Assembly: GCA_045863395.1 (NCBI GenBank)
Contig: BTVJ01000029.1
Span: 26,601-90,600, forward strand
Direction: 5' to 3'
Source: Myxococcales bacterium
Lineage (GTDB): Bacteria > Myxococcota_A > UBA9042 > JABWCM01 > BTVJ01
Length of the DNA: 64,000 nucleotides
Shown: piece by piece, positions 46,801 to 56,943 of the stretch
Layout: every line of letters starts with the position of its first letter
Numbering within the stretch: the first letter of the stretch is position 1
Position numbers and translations under genes: made by a program
Notes under the pieces: generated by a model
Told to the model about the DNA's origin: nothing
Database searches by the model: none
The model's input: the letters and a program-made list of their open reading frames with translations, nothing else

Positions 46801-47335
46801 CCATGACCGCGTCGCCGATGTACTTGTCGATGGTGCCGCCGCGGCTGACTATCTCGCGGGTCAGCCGCTCGAAGCACTGGTCCATGATGTCGCGGACCTG
46901 CTCCGGGTCGAGCCGCTCGCTCATGGCCGTGAAGCCCGAGACGTCGGCGAAGAGCACGGTGACGAGCTTGCGCTCCTCCTCGGCGGCGGGGAGCTCATCA
47001 CGCGGCGGAGCCGGTGGGGGCGCGGTGCGTGGCGCCCGCGCGGCGGTGACGAGCGGCGCGGGGCGCTCCGGGGGCGCGCCGTGCACTGCCGTGCCGCAGG
47101 AGGCGCAGAACCGATCCGAGGGACGCAGCATCGCCTCACAGGCGCAGCACTGGTCCGGCCCCGGCGGGCGCGGCAGGCGGGATCCGCACGCGGCGCAGAA
47201 GCGGGCTCCCGGGCGCCCCTGGTGGCCGCACGCGGTGCAGTCGCACCAGGCGACTGCGAGCTCGCCGCCGCAGGCCTCGCACCAGGCGGATCCAGCCGGA
47301 TTGTCGTGGGAACAGGCGGTGCACTTCGTGTCCAT
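43883..47335 (-). CDS. Class III adenylate/guanylate cyclase with zinc ribbons, P-loop ATPase and TPR domains
   Basis: Six CxxC; LFADVSGFT, DKYIGDAVMA, GDTVNTASRLE; GQGGIGKS; EDIHWA; GGNPYYLEE; C-terminal TPRs. Confidence 0.93.
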   Translation of the reverse strand: MDTKCTACSHDNPAGSAWCEACGGELAVAWCDCTACGHQGRPGARFCAACGSRLPRPPGPDQCCACEAMLRPSDRFCASCGTAVHGAPPERPAPLVTAARAPRTAPPPAPPRDELPAAEEERKLVTVLFADVSGFTAMSERLDPEQVRDIMDQCFERLTREIVSRGGTIDKYIGDAVMAYFGVPVAHEDDAPQAVRAALGMLAALGAFSRELEQRHGLTLSMRIGLNTGKVLAGLVGGEGHKDFTIYGDTVNTASRLEHAAETGTVLISHDTYLAVRGWFELVELPPIKVKGKDKPLRVYRAVQERLRPSALGMRGIEGIDVPMVGREQELRALQECYAAVQREGRARVVTVTGQGGIGKSRLVAEASLRWVRGEPALNLLKGRVLPPGSGAPLNLLRDLANDLLDDPAADVLADRAEAAGAAGTDAQALALLLGGVSPEDPAERELQLARALRATRVLLERRAASGPTIVVCEDIHWAPDAVLDFIDHLGATLELPVLLLCLSRPELFERRRLWADKAHQLRIDVRPLTEEAASELLLLILHRVERVPPALVDAVVGRAGGNPYYLEELVKVMLETGVLRRGGGEPWTLADDWAEHLDIPASIHGLIQSRVDALPRAERAVLQAAAVVGRVFWSGAVARLAGKDVAQAVDSLRDRDLCVGREATAVPGDEELQFRNALLHEVVYDRILHRDRRPMHAQAAEWLEGAVGPDRARTFPRYALHLERAGRPSDALRAYAAAAERARAQYANGEALELLRAAVALLETAADQVDARSQLALLQSMGEVGDLAAAYDDATAAFERALALCDAAAATPEERAALRCGLGDVQVRRGDLEAARREGQAALSLVVDLAGGDVRARALELLGRASFYRGDYEPALQRCEEALRARPGARLRAQTLRTLSMVRIRRGELEASQRCVSEALGIARSLGDELLTGRMTLMQGNLHNLRGEADKAIEAYDRTRKGAERLGDLHTARMCHNNLGELLLELDRREEAVEPLERSITLCSVLGVRNQVSDTWRLLGEVRLHGGDVAGARECGERALAMAQETGEKSFAAEAERFLGQVTLAEGGALEDAEAHLHRAEALFTSLGSEVLLGKSLYHFAASLLRVPQGGDGALRARARAHLSRARDLFGKLGMEGDRARAEEALAGL

Positions 47336-47387
47336 GGGGCCTCCCGGGCGCCGAGTCTAGCCTGCTTTCCAAGCCGCTTCCAGGCGG

Positions 47388-47417
47388 TTGACTCCCCCGC
47401 CCCGCCGCGGCTACAGT
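47388..47417 (+). promoter_or_regulatory. Putative sigma70-type promoter for the lol-bamA cluster
   Basis: TTGACT-18 nt-TACAGT in the divergent intergenic gap. Confidence 0.4.
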
Positions 47418-47462
47418 GCGCCGCCGGCCACCCCCGGCGCCACCGCTTCCACCGGGTCACCG

Positions 47463-49829
47463 TTGCTGCAGAAGACCTACACCGTCCTGCTGGCCCTCGC
47501 CGCCGCGTTCGTCGCGGCGCGCGCGTGGTTCCGCATCGTGGGGCCGGAGGCCGCCTACTATGCGACGACCGCAGGACTGCTGGTCGCGATCATCGTCGGC
47601 GTGGTGTTGGTGTTCGTCGTGGTCTCCCACCTGGCCATCCGCCTGTTCGGATGGATGTTCCAAGGTGCGCTCCGCCGCTCGTACATCCTCTTCCTTGGCT
47701 GGAACCTGCTGCGGAGCCACCGCAGCGTCGTGCTGCTGTCCGCGCAGCTCGGGGGTGTGCTCCATGACGTGCTGCCGCGCACGCGGCTCCTGCGGACGAG
47801 CCTCCTGTCCCTGCCGGCGGCCGCGGCCCTCATCGTGGGCGCATGGGTGGTCGCCCGGCAAGCAGACCCCGCCCACGCCATCCCCGCGGCCTTCGTGGAG
47901 CTGTTCGCCCTCGCCATGGCGCTGGGGGGCGGGCTCCTCGGGCTGCGGGGACTGCTGGGACTCGCCGTGCGCGCGAAGTGGCTGCGCCCGCTGGACGTGA
48001 CCGACCCCAACGCGCGCCTGCCGATGCACATGCGCTCCGGCGTGACGGTCCCCAACTTCATCTCCATGGTCGGCGTCGGCATCGGCGTCTGGGCGCTGAT
48101 CATGGTCCTCAGCGTCATGAGCGGCTTCGAGGCAGACCTGCGCGACAAGATCCTCGCGACCAACGCGCACGTCATCGTCCAGCCCAAGGACCACACGGGC
48201 GTCATCGACGACTACGCGGCGACGGCGGACCGCATCGCCGCGCTCGACGGCGTCGACGCCGCCTGGCCCTTCGCGGAGGGCGAGGTGATGATCTCGTCGC
48301 CCTTCAACACCAGCGTCAACCTGACCGTGCGCGGCCTGACCCAAGAGGGCGCGGCGGGGCTCGACCTGCACATGGACTCGGGGGACGTCGCCTGGCTCGA
48401 GCGGCCGGAGCTGCTGCTCTCCGACGCCTCCTGGGAGCTGACCCGGCGACGAAAGGCCGCCCCGCAGCCCGAGCCCGCCTTCGACGGCGCCATCGAGCTG
48501 CCGCCCATCCCCGGCGGGGCGCCGGGCGGCGCACCCGAGGAGCCCTCCGACGGCATCACCATGCCCCCCATCCCGGGCGCGGCCGAGCCCGCCACCCAAG
48601 GGGACCGCCTGCCCGGCCTGCTGATCACCCAGGCCCAGGCGCGGGATCTCCAGGCCGTGGTCGGCGACGTGGTGCTCGCCATGAGGCGCACCGGCGACGA
48701 CGGCGCACCGAGCGCCGGCGTCACCGTCGAGGCGCTCCAGGTGCTCGGCGTGTACCGCAAGGGGCGCGAGGACGCCGACCGCCCCGACGGGTACGTGCTG
48801 CCCGCCGCGCTGCGCCGCCTGCGGCAGGACGGGCAGCGCGCACTGGTGATGCTCTCCGCAGATGGTGATCGGGAGGTGCCCGCATTTCTCGCGCCCTTCG
48901 ATCCTGCGCTGCCCGATGTCGCCGCCCTGTCCCAGGAGCTGGTCGCCGGGTCCCTGGAGGCGCTGGCCGACCGCGGCGTTCCTGACAGGGCCGGCCCCTC
49001 GCCGTCCCCCCTGCCCTTCATGGGCGCGGCGGCGGCTCGGGTCCACCCGGCCGTGCTGCTCGGCCGCGAGCTCGCCGGATCGCTCCGCGTCGAGGTCGGC
49101 CACGAGGTCCGCCTGATCTCTCCCGACGGCGAGGTGGGCCCGACGGGCGTCCGCCCCAAGGCCAGCACCTTCGTCGTCGCAGGCATCTTCTCGACGGGCA
49201 TGTACGAGTTCGATCTGAAGCTCGCCTACGTCCAGCTCGCCGACGCCCAGCGCTTCTTCAACATGGGCGCCTCGCTCAATCGCATCGAGGTGCGCGTCGC
49301 CGACCCCACCCTGACCTCCGAGGTCGTCGAGCGTATCACTGCGGTCGTACCCCCGGATCTCGAGGCCCTGGACTGGAAGGTGATGAACCGCAACCTCTTC
49401 AGCGCGCTGAAGCTGGAGAAGATCGCCATGTTCTTCATCCTCGGCTTCATCATCCTGGTCGCGAGCTTCAACATCCTGGCCTCCCTCGCGATGCTCATCC
49501 AAGAGAAGTCGAGCGAGATCGCCATCTTGAAGTCCATGGGGGCCACGAACCAGGGGGTGATGCGGTCCTTCCTCGTGCTCGGCCTGTTCCTCGGGGTCAT
49601 CGGCGCCTTCTGCGGCATCGGCATGGGCCTCGGCCTGTGCTTGGTGCTGGAGGTGGTGGGCATCCCGCTGCCCAAGGAGTACTACATCGAGATGATCCCG
49701 GTGCAGGTCAACTGGTTGGAGGTGCTCGCCGCCGCCGCCGCCGCCCTCGGGATCTGCCTCCTGGCGACCATCTACCCATCGAGGACGGCTTCGCGCTTGC
49801 ACCCCGTAGAGGGGCTGCGCTATGAGTAG
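47463..49829 (+). CDS. Lipoprotein-releasing ABC permease, LolC/E family, enlarged; start uncertain
   Basis: VLSVMSGFE, GIFSTGMYEFD, ALKLEK, VASFNI, EIAILKSMGA, PVEGLRYE; directly upstream of lolD. Confidence 0.88.
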   Translation: MLQKTYTVLLALAAAFVAARAWFRIVGPEAAYYATTAGLLVAIIVGVVLVFVVVSHLAIRLFGWMFQGALRRSYILFLGWNLLRSHRSVVLLSAQLGGVLHDVLPRTRLLRTSLLSLPAAAALIVGAWVVARQADPAHAIPAAFVELFALAMALGGGLLGLRGLLGLAVRAKWLRPLDVTDPNARLPMHMRSGVTVPNFISMVGVGIGVWALIMVLSVMSGFEADLRDKILATNAHVIVQPKDHTGVIDDYAATADRIAALDGVDAAWPFAEGEVMISSPFNTSVNLTVRGLTQEGAAGLDLHMDSGDVAWLERPELLLSDASWELTRRRKAAPQPEPAFDGAIELPPIPGGAPGGAPEEPSDGITMPPIPGAAEPATQGDRLPGLLITQAQARDLQAVVGDVVLAMRRTGDDGAPSAGVTVEALQVLGVYRKGREDADRPDGYVLPAALRRLRQDGQRALVMLSADGDREVPAFLAPFDPALPDVAALSQELVAGSLEALADRGVPDRAGPSPSPLPFMGAAAARVHPAVLLGRELAGSLRVEVGHEVRLISPDGEVGPTGVRPKASTFVVAGIFSTGMYEFDLKLAYVQLADAQRFFNMGASLNRIEVRVADPTLTSEVVERITAVVPPDLEALDWKVMNRNLFSALKLEKIAMFFILGFIILVASFNILASLAMLIQEKSSEIAILKSMGATNQGVMRSFLVLGLFLGVIGAFCGIGMGLGLCLVLEVVGIPLPKEYYIEMIPVQVNWLEVLAAAAAALGICLLATIYPSRTASRLHPVEGLRYE

Positions 49830-49907
49830 CACCCCGTCGCGCCATCGCGAGCACTGCGGAGAGCCCACCCGGGGTCAAAAGGGGAGTGAGTGACCGGAGC
49901 CGAACGC

Positions 49908-50641
<734 letters not shown>

Positions 50642-50645
<4 letters not shown>

Positions 50646-52963
50646 ACCGCCTGCTTGTCGTGCTGGGCCTGCTGCTGGCTGCGCCCGCTCTGTCTGCCGA
50701 CCCTCCTGGCGATGCCACGGCTCCGGCCGCGGCTCCAGTCGTCCGGGAGGTGCGCGTCGAGGGCCTCTACCGGGTCAGCGAGGAGAGCGTGCTCCGCCAC
50801 GTCCTGACGGCCGTCGGCCAGCCCCTGGCGCCCGGCACGGTCAGCGAGGACATCAAGCGCATCTACAAGATGGGGTTCTTCGACGACGTGCGCGTGGGCG
50901 AGCGAATGCGCGACGACGGCGGGGTCAGCCTGGTCTACCAGGTGCTGGAGCGCCCGACCATCAACGAGGTCAAGTACGTGGGCAACGACGGCCTCGACCA
51001 GGAGGACCTGGAGAAGGTCGTCGACATCCGCCGCTTCTCCATCCTGTCGGTGCCCCAGATCCAGCGCAACATCCAGAAGATGAAGGAGCTGTACGTCGAC
51101 GAGGGCTACTACCTGGTCAACATCTCCTACGAGCTGACCCCCCTGGCCCAGAACCTGGTGGACCTCACCTTCACCTTCGAGGAGAGCGACGAGATCGAGG
51201 TCAAGTCGGTCACCTTCCTCGGCAACCGCCGGGTGAGCGACGATGACCTGCGGGGCAGCATGTTCACCCGCGAGGGCCACTGGTTCTCGTTCCTCGACAA
51301 GGCGGGCCAGTTCAAGCGGGAGGCCTTCGCCCTCGACCTGCAGCGAATCCAGTTCGTCTACCTGAGCCGCGGGTTCATCCACGCCAAGGTGGACGACCCA
51401 GTGGTGACGCTCGGGCGCGACAAGCGGTACATGCACATCACCATCCGCGTGGACGAGGGCGAGCAGTACTCGACAGGCGCGGTGGACATCACGGGCGACT
51501 TCCTGCCGGACCACCCGAAGGAAGAGCTGTTCGCAGAGCTGGGCCTGAAGAAGGGGGACGTGTTCTCCCGCGAGGTCGTGCTCAAGGACACCATCGCCGT
51601 CGGCAACGTCTACAAGGACGCGGGCTACGCCAACGTCTCCGTGTCCAACACGAGCAAGGTGGACGAGAAGAACCGCATCGTCGACTTCACCTACGTGGTG
51701 CAGAAGGGCGAGAAGGTCTACTTCGGGCTGATCACCATCGAGGGCAACAAGACCACGCGAGACAAGGTCATCCGGCGAGAGCTGACCATCAGCGAGGGCG
51801 ACCTCTACTCGGAGACGGGCCTGAAGGAGTCCAAGGCGGAGGCCATGCGCCTCGGCTTCTTCGAGGACGTGCAGCTCAAGACCCGCCAGGGGGCGACGCC
51901 GGACACCATGGACGTGGTCGTCACCGTGAAGGAGCGAGACACGGGCACCTTCCAGGTGGGCGCGGGCTTCTCGTCCATCGAGAACTTCATCCTGACGGCG
52001 CAGATCGCCAAGCAGAACCTGTTCGGGCGGGCGCAGACCCTGTCATTCCAGGCGACGCTGTCGTCGATCCGCACCATGTTCAACATCTCGTTCTTCGACC
52101 CGTACTTCTTCGACAGCGACTTCACGTTCGGCTTCGAGCTGTTCAACTACGACTCGGACTTCAACGACTTCACGCGCGACTCCATGGGCGGGAGCCTCAC
52201 CTGGGGCTACCGCTTCACCCGGGACCTCAACGCCGCGATCACGTACAAGATCGAGGACGTCAACGTGTCCATCGGCGGGCGGACGGGCCGGTCGACCATC
52301 CCCATCGCCAACCTGTTCCAGTCGGGCCTCACGTCGTCGCTGCGGTTCACGTTCACCCACGACAGCCGCGACAACCGCCTCTTCCCCACCAGCGGCTGGT
52401 TCAACCAGGTCAGCGTCGAGTGGGCGGACGACGTCATCGGCAGCGAGAACGAGTTCGTGCGCCTCCAGGCCAACTCGCGGTTCTACGTGCCCCTGCCACT
52501 GGACCTGGTGTTCAAGGTCTGGGCGCGGCTCGGATACATCACGTCCATCGGCGAGAAGCCCGTGCCCATCTTCGAGCGCTTCTTCGTGGGCGGCATCTTC
52601 ACTGTGCGCGGCTTCGACCGCAACACGCTCGGGCCGGAGCTGGCCGTCGCGTCCATCCGGGACCCGGACACCACGCTCTCCGGATTCAACATCGGCGGCA
52701 ACAAGCAGGTCATCCTCAACACCGAGGTGGAGATCCCCATCTTCACCCAGGTGGGCATCCGCGGTGTCGTGTTCCTGGACACGGGCCAGGCCTACGACGA
52801 CGGCAAGCCCATCGACCTGGCGGAGCTGCGCTACTCGGCAGGCTTCGGCGTGCGCTGGTGGAGCCCGGTCGGGCCGCTGCGGTTCGAGTGGGGCTTCCCC
52901 CTCGACAGAAAGCCAGGGGAGGACCCGGTGGTGTTCGAGTTCACCATCGGCAACAGCTTCTAG
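50642..52963 (+). CDS. bamA: Outer membrane protein assembly factor BamA
   Basis: Signal peptide; POTRA repeats (GN..TRDKVIRRE); VRGF; SPVGPLRF; C-terminal FEFTIGNSF. Confidence 0.96.
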
Positions 52964-53082
52964 TGTCGTAGAACATCGGGCCGCGGCCGCCGTCCGCCCG
53001 GACACCTCGACGCACCCCGGAGGGGGTGCAAACGCGCCCCGGCCAGGGACGCTTCCAGACCCACAGGGAGCCACAGAGAGCC

Positions 53083-53586
53083 ATGAAGAAGATCGGAGCC
53101 TTGGTTGTTCTCGTCGCGCTGCTCATGGCGGCGCCCGTCCTCGCGGAGCAGAAGATCGGCTTCGTCGACGTCCAGCGCGCCGTGATGAGCGTCAACGACG
53201 GCAAGTCGGTCAAGCAGAAGCTGGAGTCCTTCGCCAAGAAGAAGAAGGCGGAGCTGGAGAAGGCCCAGGAGGACCTCAAAGCCATGAAGGAGGAGCTCGA
53301 GAAGCAGGCGTCGCTGCTGAAGGACGACGTCAAGCGCAAGAAGGCCCTCGAGTTCCAGCAGAAGGTCGCGGAGTTCCAGGAGGCGTACCTCAAGTCGGAG
53401 AAGGAGCTGGCCTCGAAGCAGGCGGAGCTCTCGAAGCCGATCCTCGAGAAGCTGGAGCGCATCATCAACGCGGTCGCCAAGGAGCAGAACTACGACGTGA
53501 TCCTGGAGAAGGCCGCGGTCCTGTTCGCCAAGAGCAACTATGACCTGACCGACGAGATCATCGGCAGGTACAACGCCGGGAAGTAG
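53083..53586 (+). CDS. skp: Periplasmic chaperone Skp/OmpH
   Basis: Signal peptide; KIGFVDVQ; coiled coil; YDVIL...DLTDEII; follows bamA. Confidence 0.93.
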   Translation: MKKIGALVVLVALLMAAPVLAEQKIGFVDVQRAVMSVNDGKSVKQKLESFAKKKKAELEKAQEDLKAMKEELEKQASLLKDDVKRKKALEFQQKVAEFQEAYLKSEKELASKQAELSKPILEKLERIINAVAKEQNYDVILEKAAVLFAKSNYDLTDEIIGRYNAGK

Positions 53587-53588
53587 CC

Positions 53589-55223
53589 GTGGCGCGGTGT
53601 CATGTCGGGGCGCGAGGCTTCGCGGGGGTGCTCGCGCTGGTCGTGCTCGCCGTCGCCTGCAAGACCGACCCGCCCGCCGCGCCCGAGGGGCCCCTCAGCG
53701 GGGAGCCCGGCGATCCCGGTGTGGGGGAGCCGGGTCCCCTCCGTCCGGGCCCCGAGAAGGTCGCGCCGGTGAAGCCTCCCAGCGCGGAGGTGGAGCCCAA
53801 CGACACCCCGAAGCAGGCCATGCCCGTGCGCGCCGCAGAGCCCGTCGAGGCCACGATCTCCTCTGCCAAGGACGTGGACTGGTACCGGGTGGACCCGGAG
53901 GGCGCGGTGCGCACCCTGCGCGCAGAGATCACGGGCGCTGCGGGGACCGACCTGGAGCTTGCCCTGCTGGACGGGGCCGGAAAGGCCGTCATCCGCAGCA
54001 TCGACAACGGGGGACCCGGCGAGGGGGAGGTCATCACCAACATGCAGGTCGACAAGCCGTCGCTCCTGCGGGTGAGGGTCAAGAAGCGGATCCAGCCCGG
54101 CGCCTCCTACACCCTGGTCGTCTCGCTCTCGCCGACGGACCCGGGCGCCGAGCTGGAGCCCAACGGGGCGGCCAAGAGGGCGACGCCTCTCCCCCTCGGC
54201 ACGGAGCGCGAGGGGTGGTTCAACAACGCGGAGGACCGGGACGTGTTCCGCCTCGAAGGCGGAGCGTTCGCCCCCCTGGAGCTCGAGCTGGCGGGAGCTC
54301 CCGGCGTAGAGGGGGAGCTGCGCCTCTACCGCGCCGACCCGGCGGCGACCAGCGTCGTTCCCTTTGGGGCCGGCGAGCACCTCACGGTGCGCATCGCGCC
54401 GCCGGGGGAGGCACCTCTCTTTGCGGAGCTGCGCGCGCGCAAGGGCTTCAACGTCTCGGACCGCTACCGCCTGGCTCTTCGTGACGCGGGGGCCGGCCCG
54501 GACGCAGACCCCGAGCCCAACGACGCCCCGTCCCTTGCTGCGCCGCTTGCGTCGGAGGGACCCACCGTCGGGATCATCGGGTGGCCCGGAGACGCCGACT
54601 GGTTCACCTTCGACGGGGCCGGAGAGGCCGTCGCCCGGGTGGAGACGGACAGCGTGCCGGGGCTGACCTTGTCGGTGGCGGTGGCCGGGGCCGACGGCAA
54701 GATCGCGCAGCAGGCCACCGGCGCAGAGGCAGGGGCGCGCGTGCTCCTGCCCAACGCGCCGCTGCCGGGAGGGCGGAGGCTGATCCGGGTGTCCGCCGGC
54801 AAGGGGGAGCGGGAGCCGTCCGCGCCCTACCGCCTGACGGTGACGATCCGCGACGCGGCCGGAGAGGAGCGGGAGCCCAATGACCGGCGGGACGACGCCG
54901 GGTTGTCTCCGCTGGACGTGGGGTTTGCGCGACGCGGCTACGTGAGCCATGCGGAGGACGTGGACTGGTTCCGCCTCGACCTCTCGGCGCTGGCCTCGGG
55001 GCGCATCCTCACGCTGCGAGCGAAGGCGCCGGACGGCGTGCGGCTCGTGGTGAAGGTGGAGGACGCGGCGGGGGACCAGGCCGCCACCTTCGAGGACGTG
55101 CCCGCCGGGGAGGAGAGGACCGCCACGTCCTTCTTCAACCCGGGTATCTACTACGTCCAGGTGACGTCGCCGGACCGCAACACCAGCACGGGCGCTCCCT
55201 ATACGTTGAGCGTGATCCCGTGA
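53589..55223 (+). CDS. Lipoprotein with four PPC-like repeat domains
   Basis: Lipobox AVAC; (E/D)xEPN starts at 53787, 54150, 54507, 54867, each followed by D.D(W/V)(Y/F). Confidence 0.78.
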   Translation: MARCHVGARGFAGVLALVVLAVACKTDPPAAPEGPLSGEPGDPGVGEPGPLRPGPEKVAPVKPPSAEVEPNDTPKQAMPVRAAEPVEATISSAKDVDWYRVDPEGAVRTLRAEITGAAGTDLELALLDGAGKAVIRSIDNGGPGEGEVITNMQVDKPSLLRVRVKKRIQPGASYTLVVSLSPTDPGAELEPNGAAKRATPLPLGTEREGWFNNAEDRDVFRLEGGAFAPLELELAGAPGVEGELRLYRADPAATSVVPFGAGEHLTVRIAPPGEAPLFAELRARKGFNVSDRYRLALRDAGAGPDADPEPNDAPSLAAPLASEGPTVGIIGWPGDADWFTFDGAGEAVARVETDSVPGLTLSVAVAGADGKIAQQATGAEAGARVLLPNAPLPGGRRLIRVSAGKGEREPSAPYRLTVTIRDAAGEEREPNDRRDDAGLSPLDVGFARRGYVSHAEDVDWFRLDLSALASGRILTLRAKAPDGVRLVVKVEDAAGDQAATFEDVPAGEERTATSFFNPGIYYVQVTSPDRNTSTGAPYTLSVIP

Positions 55224-55228
55224 GGGGT

Positions 55229-55960
55229 ATGGAGCAGGTGTCGTTCCGCATGCCGCTCACGCCGGCGGTCAAGGCGATCATGGCCTCGGCCTTCGCCGTG
55301 TGGCTCCTCTTCGTCATCGCCATCCAGTGGGTCGGGTCGACGGGGGCGGGCGAGCTGTATGTCGGTGCGATGCTGCACCCGGCGACGGCGGACCCGTCCT
55401 CCGTGTGGGATGGGCGGCTCTGGCAGCTCGTCACCTACGCCTGGCTGCACGACCTCGCGACGCCGTTCCACCTCCTGTTCAACCTCCTCGTGCTGTACTT
55501 CTTCGGCGGAACCTTCGAGCAGCGCTGGGGGACGCGTTGGTTCGTCCAGTTCTATCTGATCTGCGCGGCCGGCGCGGCCGTGGTGTCCGGCCTCGCCGCC
55601 GTCGTGGCGCCGAGCCTGTTCGGGGCGCCGGTGGTCGGCGCGTCTGGAGCGGTCCTGGGGCTCATCGCGGCCTTCGCCACGCTCTTCCCCGAGCAGCAGA
55701 TCTACCTCTTCATGATGCTGCCGCTGAGGGGCAAGTACTTGATCCCGCTGGTCATCGGCATCGACCTGCTCATGTTCCTGCCGCAGACCTCCAGCGTCGC
55801 CTTCGCCGCGCACCTGGGCGGCCTGCTCACCGGATGGCTGCTGGTGACCGGCTTCTGGCGGCCGCGCCGCCTGATCGCTATGATCCGCAGCCGGAGCCTC
55901 CGCGCACGCCACCGCCGGGGTCTCCGGGTCGTCGGCAAGGACGACCGCTGGATCCACTGA
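55229..55960 (+). CDS. Rhomboid intramembrane serine protease
   Basis: WQLVTYAWLH...HLLFN, VGASG, AHLGG. Confidence 0.9.
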   Translation: MEQVSFRMPLTPAVKAIMASAFAVWLLFVIAIQWVGSTGAGELYVGAMLHPATADPSSVWDGRLWQLVTYAWLHDLATPFHLLFNLLVLYFFGGTFEQRWGTRWFVQFYLICAAGAAVVSGLAAVVAPSLFGAPVVGASGAVLGLIAAFATLFPEQQIYLFMMLPLRGKYLIPLVIGIDLLMFLPQTSSVAFAAHLGGLLTGWLLVTGFWRPRRLIAMIRSRSLRARHRRGLRVVGKDDRWIH

Positions 55961-55973
55961 CGGCGCGGGGTTC

Positions 55974-56933
55974 ATGAGAGCACCTTCTGTGATGGCATCC
56001 TTGGCCCTGCTGGCGTTCGCCTGCGACGCGGGGGACCTGTCCGTCGAGACCGCCTCGGGCAGCTCGGTCGGGGACGCGGCCTTCGGCGGGCCGGACCTCG
56101 CGGTCGCAGACGATCCAGACGGTGGACAGGACGCCACGGCGGAGGACGCGGGAGCAGAGGACGCCCCTGACCAGGGCGCCGTAGCACCGGACGCCGCCGG
56201 CGGAGGCCCCATCGAGGGGGGCGTTCTGATCTTCGAGGTGGACACGGGGTACGCGAGCGCCGACCGAGGCAACGCGGCGGCCTCCTTCGGGCCTCCTGCG
56301 GCGGAGTCGCCACCTTCCTACGTCGCGGGACCCTGCGAGGTGCGGTGGCACGGCACCGAGGCCCCGCCGGGCCCGAGCGCCGACGCGGGGGTCATCCAGA
56401 TCACGGGCACGGCGGTCCCCGTGGACCTTCAGCGCGCGCCCGAGAGCGGCGTGTACCGCTCGTCGCTGCCCGACACCAATGCGGACATCTTCGCCAAAGG
56501 CGGGGGACCCATCCACGTGGCGTCGACCGGGGGCGCCGAGGTCCCGCCCTTCTCGGGAGACCTGCCGGCGCCGGCCCCGGTGCAGATCACGGCGCCCGCC
56601 CTGGGGCTGACCTCCTTCGTCTCGACCTCTGAGCCCATGACCGTCACGTGGACTGCCGATGCCCCTGGCAAGGTGGCCCGGACGCTCGTCGGCGTGTCGG
56701 CCGTGGGCCTCGACTTCAAGCCGATCAGCGGCGACGCCGTGGTGTGCACCGTGCCCGGCGACGCGATCACCGTCACCGTGCCCAAGGAGGCCATGGCTGC
56801 GCTGCCCGGCACCTTTGGCACCCGCCTCGTCGTCAGCGTCACGCGGGTCGTGGAGGCCCACGTGAGCGCCGGCGGCGTCCCCGTCACCCTCGCTGCCACC
56901 GCCTCCTTCGGGGGGGTCGCCAGCGCGAAGTAG
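55974..56933 (+). CDS. Hypothetical lipoprotein
   Basis: Lipobox AFAC; acidic linker; beta-rich domain. Confidence 0.72.
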   Translation: MRAPSVMASLALLAFACDAGDLSVETASGSSVGDAAFGGPDLAVADDPDGGQDATAEDAGAEDAPDQGAVAPDAAGGGPIEGGVLIFEVDTGYASADRGNAAASFGPPAAESPPSYVAGPCEVRWHGTEAPPGPSADAGVIQITGTAVPVDLQRAPESGVYRSSLPDTNADIFAKGGGPIHVASTGGAEVPPFSGDLPAPAPVQITAPALGLTSFVSTSEPMTVTWTADAPGKVARTLVGVSAVGLDFKPISGDAVVCTVPGDAITVTVPKEAMAALPGTFGTRLVVSVTRVVEAHVSAGGVPVTLAATASFGGVASAK

Positions 56934-56943
56934 CCGATACTCC

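Noticed and set aside
43493..47767. 1424-aa plus-strand ORF
   Set aside because: Shadow of the cyclase gene on the minus strand
53012..53029. gcacccc-ggag-ggggtgc hairpin between bamA and skp as a terminator
   Set aside because: No U-tract on the coding strand; function cannot be assigned
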